Part shown: positions 19,289 through 29,755 of the stretch, in pieces
How the letters are laid out: each line of letters begins with the position of its first letter
Numbering within the stretch: position 1 is the first letter of the stretch
NCBI GenBank assembly: GCA_029907355.1
Contig: JARYLZ010000004.1
Coordinates: forward strand, 5,007-69,006
Origin: Bacteroidota bacterium
GTDB lineage: Bacteria; Bacteroidota; Ignavibacteria; SZUA-365
Direction: 5' to 3'
Length of the DNA stretch: 64,000 bases
The notes under the pieces: generated by a model
Told to the model about the DNA's origin: nothing
Database searches by the model: none
Seen by the model: only the letters and a program-made list of their open reading frames with translations
Translations under genes and position numbers: made by a program

Positions 19289-20857
19289 ATGCAGATCGAA
19301 TGGTATGTGTTGATTCCCCTCATTGTCCTCTGTGCCACCGTCTCCTTTTTAATAGGATGGCTGGCGAGCCAAAGGATGGGGAAAAACAAGATTGTCGAAG
19401 CGGAAAATCGGGCGAGAGAAATTCTCGAAGCCGCGGAAAAGAAAGCTTCGACACTTAAAAAAGAGAAACTGCTCGAAGTGAAGGATGAGTGGTTCAAGAA
19501 AAAACAGGAGTTCGAGCGGGAAGCGAATAGGCAAAGAAATAAACTGCAAAATTTGGAGAAACAGCTCGCCAACCGTGAGGAGTCCATTGCGAGTAAGCTT
19601 GAGTTGATCGGGAAAAAGGAATCGGCTTTACGCCAGGCGGAGGAACGGTTCCAAAGAAAAGAAGCAGAGCTGGACGAGCGCCGAAAGCAACTCGAGTCCG
19701 TAATCCAACAGCAAACCGCTCGATTGGAAAGGATGTCCGGCCTTTCGCGGGAAGAGGCAAAGAAGATTCTCATGGAGAATCTCATCAACGATGCCAAGCT
19801 CGCTGCAGCCCAGCAGTTGAAGGAAATACGCGAGGAAATGAAGACCACCGCGAAAAATGAGGCCCGCAAGCTTATCATTCAAGCCATTCAGCGAACGGCA
19901 TCCGATCATTCTGTAGAAACAACGGTCAGTGTCTTGAACCTGCAAAACGAAGAGATGAAAGGAAGGATCATCGGACGTGAGGGACGTAATATCCGTGCGT
20001 TCGAGGCGGCTACTGGTATTGATGTCATCGTCGATGATACCCCGGAGGCTGTCATTCTTTCCGGTTTCGATCCTTTCAGAAGGGAGGTTGCGCGGATCGC
20101 CCTCGAAACGTTGATGGCGGATGGACGCATTCACCCAGCACGGATCGAGGAGGTCGTCGATAAAGTGAGGAAAGATCTCGAGGAAGAGATTTTCAAAACG
20201 GGGGAAAACACCCTGCTCGATCTGGGGATCCATTCTGCACACCCCGAGATCAAGCGTTATGTCGGAAAAATGCGCTACCGCTCGAGTTACGGCCAGAATC
20301 TGCTCCAGCACTCAGTGGAAGTCGCCTGGCTGTGCGGCATCATGGCCAGCGAATTGCATCTTGACGGGAAAATGGCAGTCCGTGCCGGTCTCCTCCACGA
20401 TATCGGGAAATGCGTCGACCGTAGTATCGAGGGGCCCCATGCCCTGCTCGGGATGGATCTCGTCAAGAAATACCGGGAACACCCAATCATCGTCAATGCA
20501 GTCGGGTCGCACCATGACGATATCGAAATGGAATCACCCTATGCGGCTCTCGTCCAGGCTGCAGATGCAATCAGTGGTGCACGGCCTGGAGCGCGACGTG
20601 AATCGCTGGAAGCATACGTAAAACGACTCGAGAAACTGGAGACGATCGCGAAAGGATTCGAAGGGGTTGCAAAGACGTATGCCATTCAAGCAGGGAGGGA
20701 GATCCGGGTCGTCGTCGAACATGACCGCATTGACGATTCCCTTGCAGACCAGCTCGCGAACGATATCGCAGAGAAGATCCAAGCGGAAATGGAATATCCG
20801 GGTCAGATCAAGGTGACCGTGATTCGCGAACGACGCTCAATCGCGTACGCGAAGTGA
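19289..20857 (+). CDS. rny: ribonuclease Y
   Basis: N-terminal TM helix and coiled coil. KH domain 'GREGRNIRAFEAATGIDV'. HD domain 'HS.EVA...GLLHDIGK'. Length 522 aa. Confidence 0.9.
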   Translation: MQIEWYVLIPLIVLCATVSFLIGWLASQRMGKNKIVEAENRAREILEAAEKKASTLKKEKLLEVKDEWFKKKQEFEREANRQRNKLQNLEKQLANREESIASKLELIGKKESALRQAEERFQRKEAELDERRKQLESVIQQQTARLERMSGLSREEAKKILMENLINDAKLAAAQQLKEIREEMKTTAKNEARKLIIQAIQRTASDHSVETTVSVLNLQNEEMKGRIIGREGRNIRAFEAATGIDVIVDDTPEAVILSGFDPFRREVARIALETLMADGRIHPARIEEVVDKVRKDLEEEIFKTGENTLLDLGIHSAHPEIKRYVGKMRYRSSYGQNLLQHSVEVAWLCGIMASELHLDGKMAVRAGLLHDIGKCVDRSIEGPHALLGMDLVKKYREHPIIVNAVGSHHDDIEMESPYAALVQAADAISGARPGARRESLEAYVKRLEKLETIAKGFEGVAKTYAIQAGREIRVVVEHDRIDDSLADQLANDIAEKIQAEMEYPGQIKVTVIRERRSIAYAK

Positions 20858-21516
20858 ACACTTCACGAAAGCATGCACGTGCCTCACGGCGACCGTATTT
20901 TCTTGTCGGATTGACAGGCGGTTATGGGGCGGGGAAATCGACTGTGGCAAGTATGCTCGCCGACCGTTTCCCCGTGATCGACAGCGATTTGGTCGCGAAA
21001 CAAATCGTCGAAACGGATCAAAAGGTCCGTTCGGCAATCCGAAAGGAATTTGGGGATAATGCCTTCCTTTCTGACGGTTCCATTGACCGTTCCTATATTG
21101 CTTCTATCGTTTTTCAAAACCCGGAAAAACTCAACTGCCTGAACGCCGTCGTCCACCCCCCGACAGTAGAAAAAATTTTCGAACTCGCTGAAAGAGAAGC
21201 AAAACGAGGAAACTTTATTGTAATCGTCGAATCGGCACTGATTTACGAAACGGGGCTTGAGCGTCTTTTCGATATCGTGCTTGCCGTGGTGGCGGCTCAA
21301 ACCGTCGTAGAGAGACGTCTCGCGGCAACGCGTGGGGAATCAATCGCTGCTGTTCGCTCAAGATATGCGAATCAGTGGTCACCGGCGGAGAAACAAGCGA
21401 AAGCCGATTTCAGCATTATCAACGAGGGTTCATTCGATACGCTTGCCCACGCGACACGGTTCGTCGCTGCATGTATCATTTCTATCGCTCGCCGGCATGG
21501 ATATTTTCACACGTGA
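20854..21516 (+). CDS. coaE: dephospho-CoA kinase
   Basis: P-loop 'GLTGGYGAGKSTVA'. Length about 200 aa. Confidence 0.8.
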   Translation: MNTSRKHARASRRPYFLVGLTGGYGAGKSTVASMLADRFPVIDSDLVAKQIVETDQKVRSAIRKEFGDNAFLSDGSIDRSYIASIVFQNPEKLNCLNAVVHPPTVEKIFELAEREAKRGNFIVIVESALIYETGLERLFDIVLAVVAAQTVVERRLAATRGESIAAVRSRYANQWSPAEKQAKADFSIINEGSFDTLAHATRFVAACIISIARRHGYFHT

Positions 21517-22717
21517 AAAAGAACGAATTCTTCAAACCTATCGTCGGTTGAACGTCGAAATCGTCCGAGGGGAAGGCGTGTACCTTATCGATCGCAAAGG
21601 GAAACGATATCTCGATGCCTTCGGGGGTCTTGCGGTCAATCTTCTCGGTCATAGACACCCGGAACTTATTCGAGCAATTTGTCACCAGCTTGAATGTTAC
21701 GTGCATCTATCGAATGTATTTATTCAGGAAGCTCAGCTGTCCCTCGCGGATCGTCTCTCCGCCCTGTCGGGATTGAACCGGGTTTTCTATTGTAACAGCG
21801 GCGCGGAAGCCGTCGAAGGGGCATTGAAGCTCGTTCGAAAGTGGGGTCGCGGTCTCGGAAGGCGAAAAGTCGTCTCGTTTGACGGTGGGTTTCATGGGAG
21901 AACGATGGGTGCGCTTTCGCTCATGTCGCAGGTCCGCTACCGTGATGGTTACGAACCCTTACTGGCAGAATGCTTTCAGGTTCCATTCAACGACGTCGAG
22001 GCGTTTTGCCGAGTCATAGACAGGCAAACCGCTGCGGTCTTTCTAGAATGCATTCAAGGGGAGAGGGGTGTCATCCCCATTCAAGAAGACCTTGTCAACA
22101 CATTGAAAGAATATCGACGACAATATGGTTTTCTTCTCGTTGTAGACGAAGTGCAAACTGGTCTCGGGAGAACGGGGACCTTCATCGCCGCTCGGAACTG
22201 GGATCTTGACCCTGATATCGTACTCCTTGCGAAAGGGCTCGGTGGAGGTCTACCACTCGGTGCTATCCTCACTCGCGAACAGATCGCAGGGGTATTCGGG
22301 ATAGGGGGACACGGAAGCACGATGGGGGGGAACCCGGTAGCTTGCCGAGCGGGTTGTGCGCTTCTTGATGTTCTTGAGAGAGACGACTTGTACGGCAGGG
22401 CACGAGTGATTGGGAACACAGTGATGGCACGTATCCGACAACTTCAGGGACAATACCCCGACTGGATAAAAGATGTTCGAGGGATCGGGTGCATTGTGGG
22501 TGTTGAATTTCTGTTTGGAGCGGAACAGATTGCTTGTCGGTGTTTGGAGAAAGGCTTGCTCGTAAACGTTACGCATGGCAATGTCATCCGTTTTCTCCCC
22601 CCCTTGACTTTCGGCGATGAACATGTCGCGAGAACATGCGATATCGTGGAAGAGGTCATCCATGAATTGGCCGAAAAAGAGTCGAATTATTCCGTCGGGA
22701 AGGTGAACGGGGTATGA
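21497..22717 (+). CDS. class-III PLP-dependent aminotransferase (acetylornithine/ornithine aminotransferase-like)
   Basis: 'DEVQTGLGRTGTFIA' and 'LLAKGLGGGLP'. The probable start is the internal Met 'MDIFTREKERILQ' of track ORF 21332..22717, overlapping the coaE 3' end by 20 nt. Confidence 0.75.
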   Translation: MDIFTREKERILQTYRRLNVEIVRGEGVYLIDRKGKRYLDAFGGLAVNLLGHRHPELIRAICHQLECYVHLSNVFIQEAQLSLADRLSALSGLNRVFYCNSGAEAVEGALKLVRKWGRGLGRRKVVSFDGGFHGRTMGALSLMSQVRYRDGYEPLLAECFQVPFNDVEAFCRVIDRQTAAVFLECIQGERGVIPIQEDLVNTLKEYRRQYGFLLVVDEVQTGLGRTGTFIAARNWDLDPDIVLLAKGLGGGLPLGAILTREQIAGVFGIGGHGSTMGGNPVACRAGCALLDVLERDDLYGRARVIGNTVMARIRQLQGQYPDWIKDVRGIGCIVGVEFLFGAEQIACRCLEKGLLVNVTHGNVIRFLPPLTFGDEHVARTCDIVEEVIHELAEKESNYSVGKVNGV

Positions 22718-24351
22718 TTCACCAGACCGATGTCCTCGTCATCGGAAGCGGTATTGCGGGGTTGTTCTATGCCTTGCGCATGGCCGATGAACGGCAAGTT
22801 GTCTTGGTCACGAAGAAAGAGACCGTAGAATCGAACACGAACTATGCGCAAGGGGGGATCGCGTCTGTCTTTGATGAGAACGATTCCTTCGAACTCCACA
22901 TCGAGGACACCATACGAGCAGGTGCAGGACTGTGCAAGCGCGAGGTGGTCGAGACGGTTGTCCGTGAAGGTCCCGCCCTCATACGCGAATTAATAGCCTG
23001 GGGCGTCCGATTCACGGAACGCAACGGAAAGCTCGATCTCGGGAGGGAAGGGGGCCATACGAGGCACCGGATCGTCCACGCACAAGACCTGACAGGGAAG
23101 GAAATTGAAAGTGCGCTTGTTCGCCATGTGCGGAATCACCCGAATGTGCGGATCCTGGAGAACCACGTTGCGGTTGAGCTCATTACCGAGCACAATCTCC
23201 GCCGCGGACATGCTTCATTGCATGAACCTGTCCATTGTTACGGAGCATATGTACTCGACACCGCCCGTTCTATCGTGGGGACCTTCCTCGCACCTGTGAC
23301 TGTTCTCAGCACTGGCGGTTGCGGTCAGGTGTATCTTCATACAACGAATCCTGCCATCGCAACGGGAGATGGTATCGCGATGGCATATCGGGCAGGGGCG
23401 CGCATCGCCAATCTGGAATTCATCCAGTTCCACCCGACGACTCTCTATCGTTCCGAGGATCACGAAGGGGATCGTGCATTCCTCATCTCGGAAGCCGTCC
23501 GAGGATTCGGTGCTCTACTTCGGACAAGTTCCGGTGAGCGGTTCATGGCTCAGTACGATGACAGGCTTGAACTTGCCCCTCGGGATATTGTAGCGCGTGC
23601 CATCGATGCGGAATTGAAGCGGCGGGGAGAGGAGTGCGTGTACCTCGACCTGACGCATCTCGACAGCGCGGAGGTACGCCGGTTCTTTCCCCATATCACC
23701 GAGACATGCGCGAGGTACGGTATCGATATCACACGGGACTGGATTCCGGTTGTCCCCGCCGCTCATTATGTGTGCGGCGGCGTCATGAGCGATCTCGAAG
23801 GAAGGTCTTCCATCGAAGGTCTCTTCGTTTGCGGAGAAACAGCCATGACCGGTCTCCATGGGGCGAACCGGTTGGCAAGCAACTCATTGCTCGAAGCCTT
23901 GGTTTTCGCCGACCGCGCCGCCCGCGCCACCCTCACCATGAAACCGGAACGTATCGATTCCGCGGAGATCCTCCCATGGGACGACAGTGATACCTATAAC
24001 GTCCGCGAGTGGGTTCTCATCTCCCATAACCGGAAAGAGATTCAAACACTGATGTGGGATTTCGTTGGTATTGTGCGTTCGACCCTTCGGCTCGAACGGG
24101 CGAAACGAAGGATAGATTTTCTCCTCCAGGAAATTGAGGACTTCTATAAGCGGACCCGTGTTTCCGCAAAACTCATTGAACTTCGTAACCTCGCCCTCGT
24201 CGCGAACTTGATCGTCACATGCGCCCTGCACAGGAAAGAAAGCAGGGGACTTCATTACACGACGGATTATCCAAGACCAGATCCTCACCTGGATGGCAAA
24301 GACACGATTCTTTCCATTTTTTCTCCACCCATCAATCACGTGGCCGTATGA
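22714..24351 (+). CDS. nadB: L-aspartate oxidase
   Basis: FAD motif 'DVLVIGSGIAGL' within a fumarate-reductase/succinate-DH flavoprotein family architecture. Length 545 aa. Confidence 0.85.
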   Translation: MIHQTDVLVIGSGIAGLFYALRMADERQVVLVTKKETVESNTNYAQGGIASVFDENDSFELHIEDTIRAGAGLCKREVVETVVREGPALIRELIAWGVRFTERNGKLDLGREGGHTRHRIVHAQDLTGKEIESALVRHVRNHPNVRILENHVAVELITEHNLRRGHASLHEPVHCYGAYVLDTARSIVGTFLAPVTVLSTGGCGQVYLHTTNPAIATGDGIAMAYRAGARIANLEFIQFHPTTLYRSEDHEGDRAFLISEAVRGFGALLRTSSGERFMAQYDDRLELAPRDIVARAIDAELKRRGEECVYLDLTHLDSAEVRRFFPHITETCARYGIDITRDWIPVVPAAHYVCGGVMSDLEGRSSIEGLFVCGETAMTGLHGANRLASNSLLEALVFADRAARATLTMKPERIDSAEILPWDDSDTYNVREWVLISHNRKEIQTLMWDFVGIVRSTLRLERAKRRIDFLLQEIEDFYKRTRVSAKLIELRNLALVANLIVTCALHRKESRGLHYTTDYPRPDPHLDGKDTILSIFSPPINHVAV

Positions 24352-24559
24352 TCATAACCCGCGCAGAAAGGGAATCTTCACGGAATTCCCCGACGGGCAG
24401 ACATAGGAATGTCAGTTCCCGCAGCCCTTTCCGCATGAATTCGCCGAAAGATTTTCTCTCGACCACGCCAAGGAGCGCTCCGATGTACAAAGTCGATCGT
24501 ATCCGAAATTTGAGCCAACGGGCAATCTACGTGTGACATATGATTCAGGATTAGGCAAA

Positions 24560-26473
24560 ATGCCATACCGGTATCTTGATACTATTCAATCACCCGAGGA
24601 TTTGAGAAAGCTCGACCCGAAAGATCTTCGGCCGTTATGTGAGGAAATTCGCGACATGCTGGTCAACACCGTCTCACAAACGGGCGGACATCTCGGGGCC
24701 GGTCTCGGAGCAGTCGAACTCACCGTCGCACTTCACTACACGTTTCAAACACCGCGGGATCGTCTCATCTGGGATGTAGGTCACCAGGCATACCCGCACA
24801 AGATCCTCACGGGACGGAAAGAACGATTCCACACCTTACGACAGCACGGTGGCCTGAGCGGATTCCTTAAGCGTTCGGAGAGCGAATACGATGTGATGGG
24901 TGCAGGTCACGCGAGCACGTCGATTTCCGCTGCTCTCGGTATTGCGACAGCCCGGGATTTTGCCCACGAGGATTATAAAGTCGTGGCTGTCATCGGTGAC
25001 GGTTCGATGACAGGCGGTATGGCGTACGAGGCGATGAACAACTGCGGTCTTCTGAAAAAAGACCTCATCGTCGTCCTGAACGACAACCGCATGTCAATCT
25101 CACCGAACGCCTGGTCCGTAGCGAATTACTTCAACGAACTCATTGCATCACCGACATATAATAGGCTTCGAAACAACATTTGGGATCTCGCTGGTCGTTT
25201 CGAACCGTTTGGTGACCGCATCCGACGTATCGCAGCGAAAGTGGAGGGAGGTCTCAAATCGATCATCACTCCCGGCATGTTGTTCGAAGCGTTAGGGTTC
25301 AGATATTTCGGTCCCGTCAACGGTCATAACGTCCTTTCTCTCATCCGCCTGTTCCGTGAAGTCAGGAACTGCTCCGGACCGCTCCTGGTGCACGTAGTGA
25401 CCCAGAAGGGGAAAGGGTATGAACCTGCGGAACGAGATGGACTGAATCTCCACGGTGTTTCTCCGTTTGACAAGATTACGGGGAAATCCCCCGTGAAAGA
25501 GGACGCTCCACCAGCCTATACCACTGTCTTCGGGAAAACACTCACCGAGCTTGCCTCGGGAAATGATCGCATTGTCGCGATTACTGCGGCAATGCTTTCG
25601 GGTACGGGGCTTGACATCTTTCAAGAACGATTTCCCGAGCGTTGTTTCGATGTGGGTATCGCAGAGGAGCATGCCGTAACATTCGCCGCCGGTCTTGCCA
25701 TCGAAGGTTTCAAACCTGTCGTGGCGATCTACTCGACATTTCTCCAACGTGCTTACGATCAGATCATACACGATGTCGCACTCCAAAACCTCCCGGTTAT
25801 CTTCGCCATCGACCGAGCGGGATTAGTAGGTGCTGACGGTCCCACTCATCATGGTGCGTTCGATCTCACGTACCTTCGTGTTATTCCCGGCATGGTGATC
25901 ATGGCCCCCTCCAATGAACAAGAACTGCGGGACATGCTCTGGACAGCAGTCCACTATAACAGCGGTCCGATTGCCATCCGATATCCACGAGGAAATGGTC
26001 GTGGGATCCCGCTTCGTTCGGATTTCCACTCGATCGAGATCGGGAAAGCGAACGTTCTCCGCGAGGGGCGGGATATCGCGATCCTTGCCGTCGGTCCCGT
26101 CGTCTATCATGCCTTGGACGCGGCCGACCTTCTCTCGAACAAAGGTGTTTCAGCACGCGTTGTCGATATGCGATTCATCAAACCACTCGATAGTGATCTG
26201 CTCGCCGAAGTGTTTTCCCACTATCGATATGTTCTTACCGTCGAAGACAATGCACGAATCGGGGGGTTCGGTGGTGCTATTTCGGAGTTCATGTCAGCAC
26301 GGACAGAGACACAGGATATCCGTCTCCACACGCTCGGCCTTCCTGATGCTTTCGTGGAACACGGGACACAGGAAGAGCTCTATCACGATGTTGGTATCGA
26401 TAGGGACGGCATCTTTCGCGCTTCTCTTCAACTTGTGGGGAAAGAAAAGACTGAAAGAGTGAGTGATCTATGA
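24560..26473 (+). CDS. dxs: 1-deoxy-D-xylulose-5-phosphate synthase
   Basis: TPP-binding 'GDGSMTGGMAYEA' and 'HQAYPHKILTGR', followed by a transketolase-like C-terminus. The start is taken at 'MPYRYLDTI'. Confidence 0.9.
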   Translation: MPYRYLDTIQSPEDLRKLDPKDLRPLCEEIRDMLVNTVSQTGGHLGAGLGAVELTVALHYTFQTPRDRLIWDVGHQAYPHKILTGRKERFHTLRQHGGLSGFLKRSESEYDVMGAGHASTSISAALGIATARDFAHEDYKVVAVIGDGSMTGGMAYEAMNNCGLLKKDLIVVLNDNRMSISPNAWSVANYFNELIASPTYNRLRNNIWDLAGRFEPFGDRIRRIAAKVEGGLKSIITPGMLFEALGFRYFGPVNGHNVLSLIRLFREVRNCSGPLLVHVVTQKGKGYEPAERDGLNLHGVSPFDKITGKSPVKEDAPPAYTTVFGKTLTELASGNDRIVAITAAMLSGTGLDIFQERFPERCFDVGIAEEHAVTFAAGLAIEGFKPVVAIYSTFLQRAYDQIIHDVALQNLPVIFAIDRAGLVGADGPTHHGAFDLTYLRVIPGMVIMAPSNEQELRDMLWTAVHYNSGPIAIRYPRGNGRGIPLRSDFHSIEIGKANVLREGRDIAILAVGPVVYHALDAADLLSNKGVSARVVDMRFIKPLDSDLLAEVFSHYRYVLTVEDNARIGGFGGAISEFMSARTETQDIRLHTLGLPDAFVEHGTQEELYHDVGIDRDGIFRASLQLVGKEKTERVSDL

Positions 26474-26575
26474 TACATCGATCATGACAGCTGTTCTTCA
26501 TCGAAACGGCACCGCAAAGGAAAAGACCACTTCACCCCAAGGTAGTCCCTGAGAGCTTCCCGCCTGAAAGTCCTC

Positions 26576-27880
26576 GTGATCCTGCATCGCATCATCTTTC
26601 CCGCTTGTTTCCTTGTTGTCTATGGGATCTCTTCGGCAACAGGAATTCATCGAGGAGGAAACGACCCGAAACGCCATACGAGAGTCCAGGATACCGTCCG
26701 ACTGACGGAGGGCGTGCAGTATTTGGTACTCCGCGAAACTCCCTCGAAAATGACCGCGCATGTGTTACTTGTCGACCTTTCAAGGGGTGACCTCGGTGTG
26801 CGTGTCGGGAAGGCCTTGGAGAACATCGCAGGACTCGAACGAGTATACGAAACGATACACCGATACGACAGTCTCCGATCTTCGTGCGTCGTGCTCGGAG
26901 GAGTAAACGCGAATTTCTGGGCTGCAGGAACGAACCACCCGATCGGCCCGACTGTCATTGAAGGCGTCATCCTAAAGAATAAGAAGTACAAGAATTGGTC
27001 TGCGATTGCATTCGGAACCGATAAATCGATCACGATCGACACGTTCAACCTCGTAGTATCCCTTCGTACTCCATACGGCATTCTCCCCGTTGCTACCTTC
27101 AACGAACGTCTCGATTCCACTTCGGTGGTCGTTTATACACCCTACTACGGCACGTCGGTTCCCTTCGTAGATATCTCTGCCATCCTTCTCGCAAGTGCGG
27201 ACACGGTGACGGACGATTTGGAGGGAGGGAACGGTGTGACGGCACTCATCGATTCCGTCTGGTCGGTTAGTCCCGAAGGGGGAACACTCAAGGCACAATT
27301 CGAATACATGACACCGCCATTGGCGAATTCTCTGGTACCCTGTCGTGTTACGCTTGTCGATACAGGATTTGTTCCTATCCCGAGGAATGGGGGAGTTCTT
27401 TCCTTCGGGAGAGGTGCTTTCCCCATGTTCTTCAGTGTCATGGTTGGGGATACATTTACTCTGGAATCCCGTTTGAAACCAACCGTTCCAGTGCCTGTTC
27501 GGGAAATGGTAAGCGGTTCCCCGCGGCTTCTACGAAACGGCCAGGTGAGTATCGAATGGCAGGAAGAGGGCTTGAGAAAACCTCGATTCGTAACCCATGA
27601 TTACGCGAGAACCGCCATCGGCATTTCGCGGGATAGGCGGATCCTTATCCTTGTCACGGTTGAACCGCCGGACAGACGTGCCCGCAAGCGTGGAGCATCG
27701 CTCGAGACGCTTGCCGAGCTTCTGAGGATCTATGGAGCATCGGACGGCTTCAATCTCGATGGAGGCAGTTCTGCAACAATGGTTGTCCTCGGGGAAACCG
27801 TATCACCTCCACGGGGAAACCGTTTGAGCAGGAAAGTGTCGACCGTCCTGATGGTCGTCAAAATGGTGACCGGCTTATGA
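26576..27880 (+). CDS. secreted phosphodiester-glycosidase-family protein (NAGPA/DUF2233-like)
   Basis: N-terminal signal-like segment. 'NANFW' and 'NLDGGSSATMVV' motifs characteristic of this family. Confidence 0.55.
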   Translation: MILHRIIFPACFLVVYGISSATGIHRGGNDPKRHTRVQDTVRLTEGVQYLVLRETPSKMTAHVLLVDLSRGDLGVRVGKALENIAGLERVYETIHRYDSLRSSCVVLGGVNANFWAAGTNHPIGPTVIEGVILKNKKYKNWSAIAFGTDKSITIDTFNLVVSLRTPYGILPVATFNERLDSTSVVVYTPYYGTSVPFVDISAILLASADTVTDDLEGGNGVTALIDSVWSVSPEGGTLKAQFEYMTPPLANSLVPCRVTLVDTGFVPIPRNGGVLSFGRGAFPMFFSVMVGDTFTLESRLKPTVPVPVREMVSGSPRLLRNGQVSIEWQEEGLRKPRFVTHDYARTAIGISRDRRILILVTVEPPDRRARKRGASLETLAELLRIYGASDGFNLDGGSSATMVVLGETVSPPRGNRLSRKVSTVLMVVKMVTGL

Positions 27881-29022
27881 CGCAATCCACCACAAAGCGG
27901 CCGTGGAGGCAGGCCGAGAACTCAATCGATGAGCACCTGATGCAGCATTGCCTCGTTCTCGCCGCGAAAGGGAAGCACACTGTTGAACCGAACCCACTGG
28001 TCGGGTGCGTTATTGTCCGGAAGGGAAAAGTCGTCGGGCAGGGATGGCATCGGAAGTTCGGAGGTCCTCACGCGGAACAGTATGCGCTTCGGTCCGCAGG
28101 TACGGCCGCGAAAGGGGCCACTCTCTATGTGAATCTCGAGCCTTGCGCACATGCGGGGAAAACACCACCGTGTACGGATGCGATTATCGGCGCCGGCATT
28201 CGACGTGTCGTGGTTGGGATGATCGACCCAAACCCAATCGTTTCAGGAGCGGGAATTGAACAACTCCGTTCAGCGGGTATCGAGTGCCACGTCGGGGTAT
28301 TGGAAGAGGAATGCAAGCGGCTGAATGCAAGATTCATTATCAATATCTTAAAAAAAAGACCCTACATCGTTTTGAAAGCTGCCGTTTCGATGGATGGGTA
28401 CATCGCTTCACTGAACACCAAATCGCAATGGGTCTCCGGCGAGCATTCCCGGATCGCCGCACATAGGCTGCGTGCCGAAATGGATGCCGTGCTCATCGGG
28501 GCGGAGACACTGCGGAATGATAATCCCCTTTTGACGGTTCGGCATGTGGCAGGGCGTTCGCCGCGTCGTATCATTCTTACCTCCTCATTTCGTCTGCCGA
28601 TGTCCGCCAGGCTATTCAAGGATAGAGCAGCCGAGACCATCATTCTCACATCGCAGAAATCACTTTGTGCATGTGCCCGGAAAGCACTTGCCATCGAACG
28701 GAAAGGTATACGCATCATCGAGATTCCCTCCCGAGATATGCGTGTCCCTCTCTCCACGGCGATGAACACCCTTTTCAACCAGGGGATATATAGCCTTCTC
28801 GTTGAGGGTGGTGCGAACGTCTATGCACAGTTCATTTCGCAGGGACTTGTTGATCGAATCGAATTCTTCATTGCCCCGAAGCTGTTCTTGAAAGGTGTGA
28901 GCGCTTTTCCGATGATGAGTTCCGTTTCCAGAAATCTGATACGTACGTTTCGTGTTGACAACGTCGAAAAGTTGGGTGAAGATATCCACGTCGTATATAC
29001 TCCAATCCTCCAGGAAGTGTAA
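27877..29022 (+). CDS. ribD: bifunctional diaminohydroxyphosphoribosylaminopyrimidine deaminase / 5-amino-6-(5-phosphoribosylamino)uracil reductase
   Basis: CMP/dCMP-deaminase zinc motifs 'HAEQYAL' and 'LEPCAH.G.TPPC', followed by a RibD C-terminal reductase domain. Confidence 0.9.
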   Translation: MTQSTTKRPWRQAENSIDEHLMQHCLVLAAKGKHTVEPNPLVGCVIVRKGKVVGQGWHRKFGGPHAEQYALRSAGTAAKGATLYVNLEPCAHAGKTPPCTDAIIGAGIRRVVVGMIDPNPIVSGAGIEQLRSAGIECHVGVLEEECKRLNARFIINILKKRPYIVLKAAVSMDGYIASLNTKSQWVSGEHSRIAAHRLRAEMDAVLIGAETLRNDNPLLTVRHVAGRSPRRIILTSSFRLPMSARLFKDRAAETIILTSQKSLCACARKALAIERKGIRIIEIPSRDMRVPLSTAMNTLFNQGIYSLLVEGGANVYAQFISQGLVDRIEFFIAPKLFLKGVSAFPMMSSVSRNLIRTFRVDNVEKLGEDIHVVYTPILQEV

Positions 29023-29663
29023 TGTTCACGGGCATCGTTGAAACCTGCGGAAAAATCATTTCTATCTTTCCATTCGGTAAAGGGAAGCGTATCGAGGTTT
29101 CCATGGAGAAAGCGCTAAACGAGCTTTCCCCCGGTGAGAGCGTTGCTATCAATGGGGTTTGCCTAACAGTCGTAACGTGTACCTCGGCCGTTTTTTCTGT
29201 GGATATATCAGAAGAAACCGTCCGCAAATCCACGATGCAATTTGTTCGCCCTGGTGATCGTGTCAACCTCGAGAGAGCAATCCACGCGAATGCGAAATTC
29301 GGAGGACATTTCGTTCTCGGTCATGTCGACTGCATCGGTCATGTCTTGGGTATCGAAAAAAGATCATCTTGCTGGATGTATGCCTTTTCGTTTGCGGAAC
29401 GAATGAAGAAATATCTTGTGCCCGAGGGATCCATTGCCATTGATGGTGTGAGTCTCACGATATCCGCAGTAGAAGGCGAGTCCTTCTCGGTCGCCGTTGT
29501 TCCATATACTTTCGAAAAAACGATTATCCAAGGTTATCAGCGTGGGACAGCAGTCAATTACGAGTTTGATATTATCGGGAAATACGTCATTTCAGCACTA
29601 GAAAATTCTTCTTTCACGAAAAAGTTTCTCACTCTTAAGCACCTTGGAGACCTTGGCTATTAA
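29022..29663 (+). CDS. ribE: riboflavin synthase alpha subunit
   Basis: 'MFTGIVE' start and an internal duplication with 'GHFVLGHVD'. Length 213 aa. Confidence 0.85.
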   Translation: MFTGIVETCGKIISIFPFGKGKRIEVSMEKALNELSPGESVAINGVCLTVVTCTSAVFSVDISEETVRKSTMQFVRPGDRVNLERAIHANAKFGGHFVLGHVDCIGHVLGIEKRSSCWMYAFSFAERMKKYLVPEGSIAIDGVSLTISAVEGESFSVAVVPYTFEKTIIQGYQRGTAVNYEFDIIGKYVISALENSSFTKKFLTLKHLGDLGY

Positions 29664-29755
29664 ATATGACAACTACCGAGAATATTATCGAAATGTCTTC
29701 AATAATGATTTCTTCTGATCTTCGCAACGGTATAAATGTAAAACAATTGCAGTGG

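Noticed and set aside
21332-21496. 5' extension of the aminotransferase ORF overlapping coaE
   Set aside because: The extension is Arg/His-rich and lies inside the coaE coding sequence. The conserved aminotransferase N-terminus begins at 'MDIFT' (21497).
24352-24559. Possible TPP riboswitch upstream of dxs
   Set aside because: No CUGAGA / ACCUGAUCUGGAUAAUGCCAGCG-like conserved TPP-box elements are visible. An Rfam scan is needed to be sure.
27800-27900. Possible FMN riboswitch upstream of ribD
   Set aside because: ribD overlaps the preceding gene by 4 nt, so there is no leader to hold a riboswitch.
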